Source of the DNA: Squalus acanthias
Taxonomy: Eukaryota
NCBI GenBank assembly: GCA_030390025.1
Contig: CM059427.1
Location: 29,140,001-29,204,000 of the forward strand
DNA: 64,000 nucleotides
Direction: 5' to 3'
The notes under the pieces were generated by a model. It did no database searches and was not told the DNA's origin. It was given only the letters and a program-made list of their open reading frames with translations. The translations under genes and the position numbers were made by a program. How positions within the stretch are numbered: the first letter of the stretch is position 1; the number at the start of each line of letters is the position of its first letter. Positions 59,141-64,000 of the stretch are shown here, in pieces.

Positions 59141-62100
59141 CATTGATGTATCCGAGTTTGCTAATCTGTTACTTACAATGAATGCCATTTTATTTTTTTA
59201 TTTGTTTCATTTACGGCCATTGCACAACTTTAATTGGAAGGTTTAAGCTGATATTAGGGAACACTGTGAGTCAACATATAAATTGGCTGACCGGTAACTT
59301 CAGATGTTTTTTTTAATGTTTCAGAGCAAAAAAAAGCACTTTGTACAGACAATATTTTGTGCTTACAGGGCTATATAACCTAGAACTGTGAGGCACCAAT
59401 TACTTGGAGAATAACAGATGGCTGGAAATGTGTCACATGGCTGTAACACTTGCAACATTTGGATGACATTCTAAACCAGAATAGCAAAGCTTAAATGGTT
59501 TATACAGACATCTGAACTCTAAAAATGTGCCGCAGCTTTGCAATGTATGAATAGTTTAACCAGGGGAGATTGCACCTTCTGTTATCATTGGTGAGCTGTA
59601 TGGCCACATAGCTTTGTATCACGTAATGGAGAGTTTAAGATGGATCCTAGAGCAGGGTTTCAGCTGTAAAAATACAGAAGGTTCACAGAAAAGCAATGCT
59701 GTTTTACAGAGAACATTCCAGCATATGTTGTATAGCCCTACTGTGCAAATGCTTTAACAGTAGACTGCCCCTTTTTTAGCATCTTAAACATGGTAAGTGT
59801 AGATTTTTTAAAAAGATTAAGCTAGTCATTCTCCAAATTGAGAGGATACAGACTAAATAATTTAGTAAAATTAACCTTGTGGTCTATTAGAGGTTAATAG
59901 GAGATTATAATTAAGCAGCCATTGGACAAACCTCAACAAGTCTATCATACATTTCTATGGGGAAGTTACAGCAGGACAAGACCAACCTCCAGCTCATTCT
60001 AAAAATTACTGTTTGCTTAAAAATTTCCATTCCCGATTATACAAGAATCTTAACTTTGATTGAAATTCAATGTGCATACCTTCAAAAACTTCCAGTGAAA
60101 CAGATAATGCTGTACTGAATAAAGAGAAAAAAATGTGCATTTTTATAGCACCTTATCACATCCTCGGGCCATCCCAAAGCACTTTACAACCAATGGATTA
60201 CTTTCAAAGTGCAGACACTTATTACTTGGGTAAATAAAATAGTTTATTCTCTAGAAAGCCACTCTGGTAGAACTTGTAAGTGAAGGTCACAACATTTCAG
60301 AATATTGCTTCATTACTGGCATAAATAGGAAAGGTGTTGACAAAATAGCCACGAGATGCTTACCTGGGAGAAGCGCAAGGGAGAGAGAGCACAAGAGAAG
60401 AAACAACAAGAAAAGCATTTTTCAGCTACCAGTCTCCATTATCTTGGAACTGGGTCTATAATTGAGTCTGTATCTCCTGCTGGCTTCACAGACAGTGCTG
60501 TCGCATTTCCTGAAATTTATTATAATTCAGTGGTTGTGTTTTATCTCTACATTTCTTCACCCCCCGCCTCCCCCAATACCTTCAAAAAAAATGGAGGCCT
60601 TGGTCTCCCCACACTGAGTAAATCACCGTCTCGTCATACTTTTCTCCCACACTCTCAGACAGTAGCTTCTCTGGCACAGATTGAGTCAGACTCTGCTCTG
60701 TGCTCCCCTCACTAAAACAAGGGAGAATGCTGCTTATTCTAGTTGAGAAATGATGAAATTCAATCCTCGGGAAACACAGTCCTGAAGTACGAAACAAATG
60801 CTGGAAATACACAGTAGGTCAGTCAGAATTTAGAGAGAATACATGTTATATTTTGAGTAAGACCTTTTTGGAGGTGAGCAGCTAGTCAGCAGTCGGTTGA
60901 CTATTATCTCTTTTAATGAAAAACAGGAGTAATATCAGTAGCACATGTTTTGGTACATTTTGCCTGCTACTACAGTGAAAATCTGATAGTCCTGTCACCT
61001 GGACCGAATAAAGTTTTCTTCCCTTTTTTTGTCACTTATAACTAATGTGGGGGAATAAATCGTTTAACCTTGCGAAGCAATTCAGATTATTAAGCAATAT
61101 GATCTGATCAGGTTTTCACTAACAAAAATATAAGTGTTGAAACACATCCTTATTTTATATTGTTAGTATATGTTATATGTTAAAATATGTTGGATGTTTT
61201 CTAATAATTCCATTAAAAGGATTTTTACAATTTCACTTGTTTTTGTTTGTTGTGGTACTGCATCACAAGTGCTGATTAAAAAATATGGCTCCGTTATAGG
61301 ACTTACTTTTTGATTCTGATCAGTAATTATTGGTTTCTAACAATGGGAAGATTTGGTTTAAATTATTCAGATTTGTTAGTCTAAATCACTTAAATTTTAA
61401 CAATATATCTTTACAATCACATTGAACAGACACACATCACACTCCAGTAAAGACTCACTGAAGAAACAAAGATTCAAAACAAAATGGTAGAATTACTATC
61501 TAAAATGGACACCCCAATCTTAAACTTTCTCAAACGGAGACAAAAGATAATACTGGATATTCATTAATTGCCTGTGTTTTTTGTTGGACAAACCTAGATA
61601 TTTGCCACATAATTGTTAGCATTCTGATTGTTCTGTAAGTTGTATTTAAAATGTTGCTGATTAAATGTAAAAATTACTACACTAAATTCAATCACTTTAT
61701 TTTATTACTTTTCTTGACAATGAACTTTGAACTATGTAAACATGTATAAAAATTAAATTGGACATATTTATTTCACAATTGCTACCTTCCACCAAATTTT
61801 CACTGAAATCCTTTCCATCCAACCTACGAGTGCTGAAACCTATTTTCTTTCAAGCCAAATGGGTCGCTGACATGATCCGAGACCTCTACTCATCTCATTG
61901 ACTTGTCCACTACAGAGAGTAGTTTGAAAATAACTTGACTTTTCATTCCACACCCCCCCCCCCCCCCCTCCTCCCCAGGAAATCGTCTGGCCTCTACTTG
62001 ATGTGTCTCCACAGCACTGCAGCTGTCTCTGGCAACTTAATACCATATCGATTGTAACCAGAGTCCTCCATTATATGTGTGTGTGAGTAGGAAAGGGAGA

Positions 62101-62639
62101 GAGTTGGTGCTCTATACCATCAAACCAAAATGAGAGCTTAAAGCCAGATTTGTTTCAAATCATTGATCAGATTTTTATTTTTGCAGCCCTATTTACATAA
62201 CCCATGTAGTGTTTGCTTTACACTTTTTACTGAAATCCATGCAAAAAGATTTTATAGTAGTGTGTTTTTACAGATCGTCTATATTAACTTATTTTTCCAT
62301 TTTTGGTTGTAGATAATATGGCTGCTTTCATATTTAAAGCGGGTGTACCTCATAATAAAAATAAAAGGTACTTCAAGAGTTCATTGAAATTACAATTTCA
62401 TATTACGACCTGCACCTGTTTTAAATCATTTGCTTTTTCAATTTTTCCCTTCCCTCATGACGACATTAATTTCTGGTGAAGTATGGTTCCAGAGATGCCA
62501 GCAGTTATCTCACCTAAGTGCCCAATCTTTATGCTTCAACCTAGACTGTCAGCAAGCCATTTGATCACAGCCATCAGAGCCAAACCCAATACTCTTCTCA
62601 CTAGATATCCACATGTACGCTTTCCAGCAGGGTAACTGC

Positions 62640-63210
62640 AGGCAAACTCCAACCTCCCCGCAGCGTGAGGCCCAGGCGATTTTTAAGGCAGGAAGCCTGA
62701 GCTGGCTGGCGGGCAAAAGAGAGACTTTGGGCGGCAGGAGGCTGCCGCCAGGGACCTGAGGAAATGGTCCCCGACAATCAACGAAGTGCATAGGTGGGGA
62801 GGTCAGAGGCCGTGAGGGGGGTGTGGTGGGGAGGGAGGCCTGGGGCAGGGGAGGGTGAAGCTTTCCCTGTGTGTCCCAGAGGAGCACTCCTGCTCCACCC
62901 GGTCGACAAGGAAACCCCCCAAAAATCTCACTTTTACGGGCCTTTTCTAGCCCGAAATCCACTTGCTGCCAGGTTGGCCTGGCAGGAAAGCAACGATGGC
63001 ATCCCCAGTCTGGGCACAGGTAAAAATTGCAGTCAAGCCCCGATGTCATCATCGGAGCCTGATCTGCATATTTAAAGCAGGACTCTGCTGCCTTCTGGGA
63101 GGTAGCCTGCATGCTTGCTAAAAAAACAGGTTAAAATTACATCCCCTGTCCTGATTTTAACTACCCACCTGCCCGGTTTCTGCTGAGCAGGCAGGGTTAA
63201 TATCGGGCCT
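62640..63210. mobile_element. Decayed GC-rich Harbinger-type MITE
   Basis: Ends AATATCGGGCC; GATGTCATCAT and GGAGCACTCCTGCTCC cores shared with 30196-30875 and 34250-34708. Confidence 0.5.
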
Positions 63211-63447
63211 TAAATAGGTGAACATGAGCAGTGCCATAGTGTAGATGTTACAGTAGTTGTTCAGCTTAACTAACTCAAGTAAGTGACAAATATTAAATAG
63301 TCACAACTGCTGTGCAAGACTACAATATACATGACAGTGGTACTTTTTCTCTCTTCCAATGTCCACAGAAGCTCTCTGGCTTGACTATCTCTCTCCGAAG
63401 GCCTCAGATGGACTTTCCAATAAGAACCATGCAGGTTCAGATATACT

Positions 63448-64000
63448 TAGAATCATAGAATAGTACAGCACAGAAGGAGGCCATTTGGCCCATCGAGTCC
63501 GTGCCGGCATTTTCGAAGTCCAATCTAGTTAGTCCCACTCCCCCGCTCTTTCCCCATATCCTTGCAATTTGTTCTCCTTCAAGTATTTATCCAATTCCCT
63601 TTTGAATTCTACTATTGAATTTGTATCCACCACCCTATCAGGCAGTGCATTCCAAATCCTAACCACTTGCTGCGTAAAAAAGTTTTTCCTCATCTCGCCT
63701 CTCGTTCTTTTATCAATCACATAAATCTGTGCGCTCTGGTTATCGACCTTTCAGCCATTGGAAACAATTTCTCTTTATTTACTCTATCTAAATCCTTCAT
63801 GAAATTAAAAACCTCTATCAAGTCTCCTCTTAGCCTTCTCTGCTTTAAGGAGAACAACCCCAGCTTCTCCAGTCTATCCCCATAACTGTAATCTCTCATC
63901 TCTGGAACCATTCTAGTAAATCTCCTCTGTACCCTCTCCAAAGCTTTCACGTCCTTTCTAAAGTGTGGTGCCCAGAATTGGACACAATACTCCAGCTGGG
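63448..64000 (-). mobile_element. CR1 3' end running off the right edge
   Basis: Reverse tail TAGAATCATAGAATAG; minus ORFs [10 protein letters not shown] and NFFTQQVVRIWNALP. Confidence 0.9.

Noticed and set aside
62549-63112. 187-aa minus-strand ORF
   Set aside because: Pro-rich chance frame in a GC-rich decayed MITE; no domain or splice support.
59300-63440. Exons of the next syntenic gene (CYBRD1 in human, from memory)
   Set aside because: No recognisable coding exon found on either strand.
1-64000. CRISPR array, retron or other prokaryotic system
   Set aside because: The DNA is intron-exon vertebrate sequence; no regularly spaced repeats, and all RTs are non-LTR or Penelope type.

Overview
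Eukaryotic (vertebrate) genomic DNA. The repeat families (CR1 LINEs with TTCTATG/TTCTTATG tails, Deu-domain tRNA SINEs, Neptune-type Penelope elements) point to a cartilaginous fish, probably a shark; this is inference. A compact CpG-rich bidirectional promoter at about 13.1-13.3 kb separates two head-to-head genes, the same arrangement as in human. METTL8 is on the minus strand (non-coding exon 1 plus the first two coding exons; the rest lies off the left edge). DCAF17 is on the plus strand and complete (14 coding exons, 18603-59134, 1569 nt, 522 aa), preceded by an extra upstream exon. The introns are dense with transposons: many CR1 copies, including nested ones and a near full-length copy with an SGNH-esterase ORF1, a divergent CR1-clade LINE, old L1 fragments, tRNA SINEs, Penelope fragments and PIF/Harbinger-type MITEs. 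The most notable observations are: (1) an ATG-bearing phase-0 upstream DCAF17 exon that gives either a spliced 52-codon uORF or an alternative Arg-rich N-terminus; (2) fold-back Penelope derivatives carrying hammerhead-like motifs, including a ~420-bp-arm palindrome in DCAF17 intron 1; (3) a Harbinger MITE family whose hairpins are kept by compensatory changes while the sequence diverges. Gene names rest on recalled protein motifs, not on a database search, and repeat boundaries are approximate unless a TSD is given.
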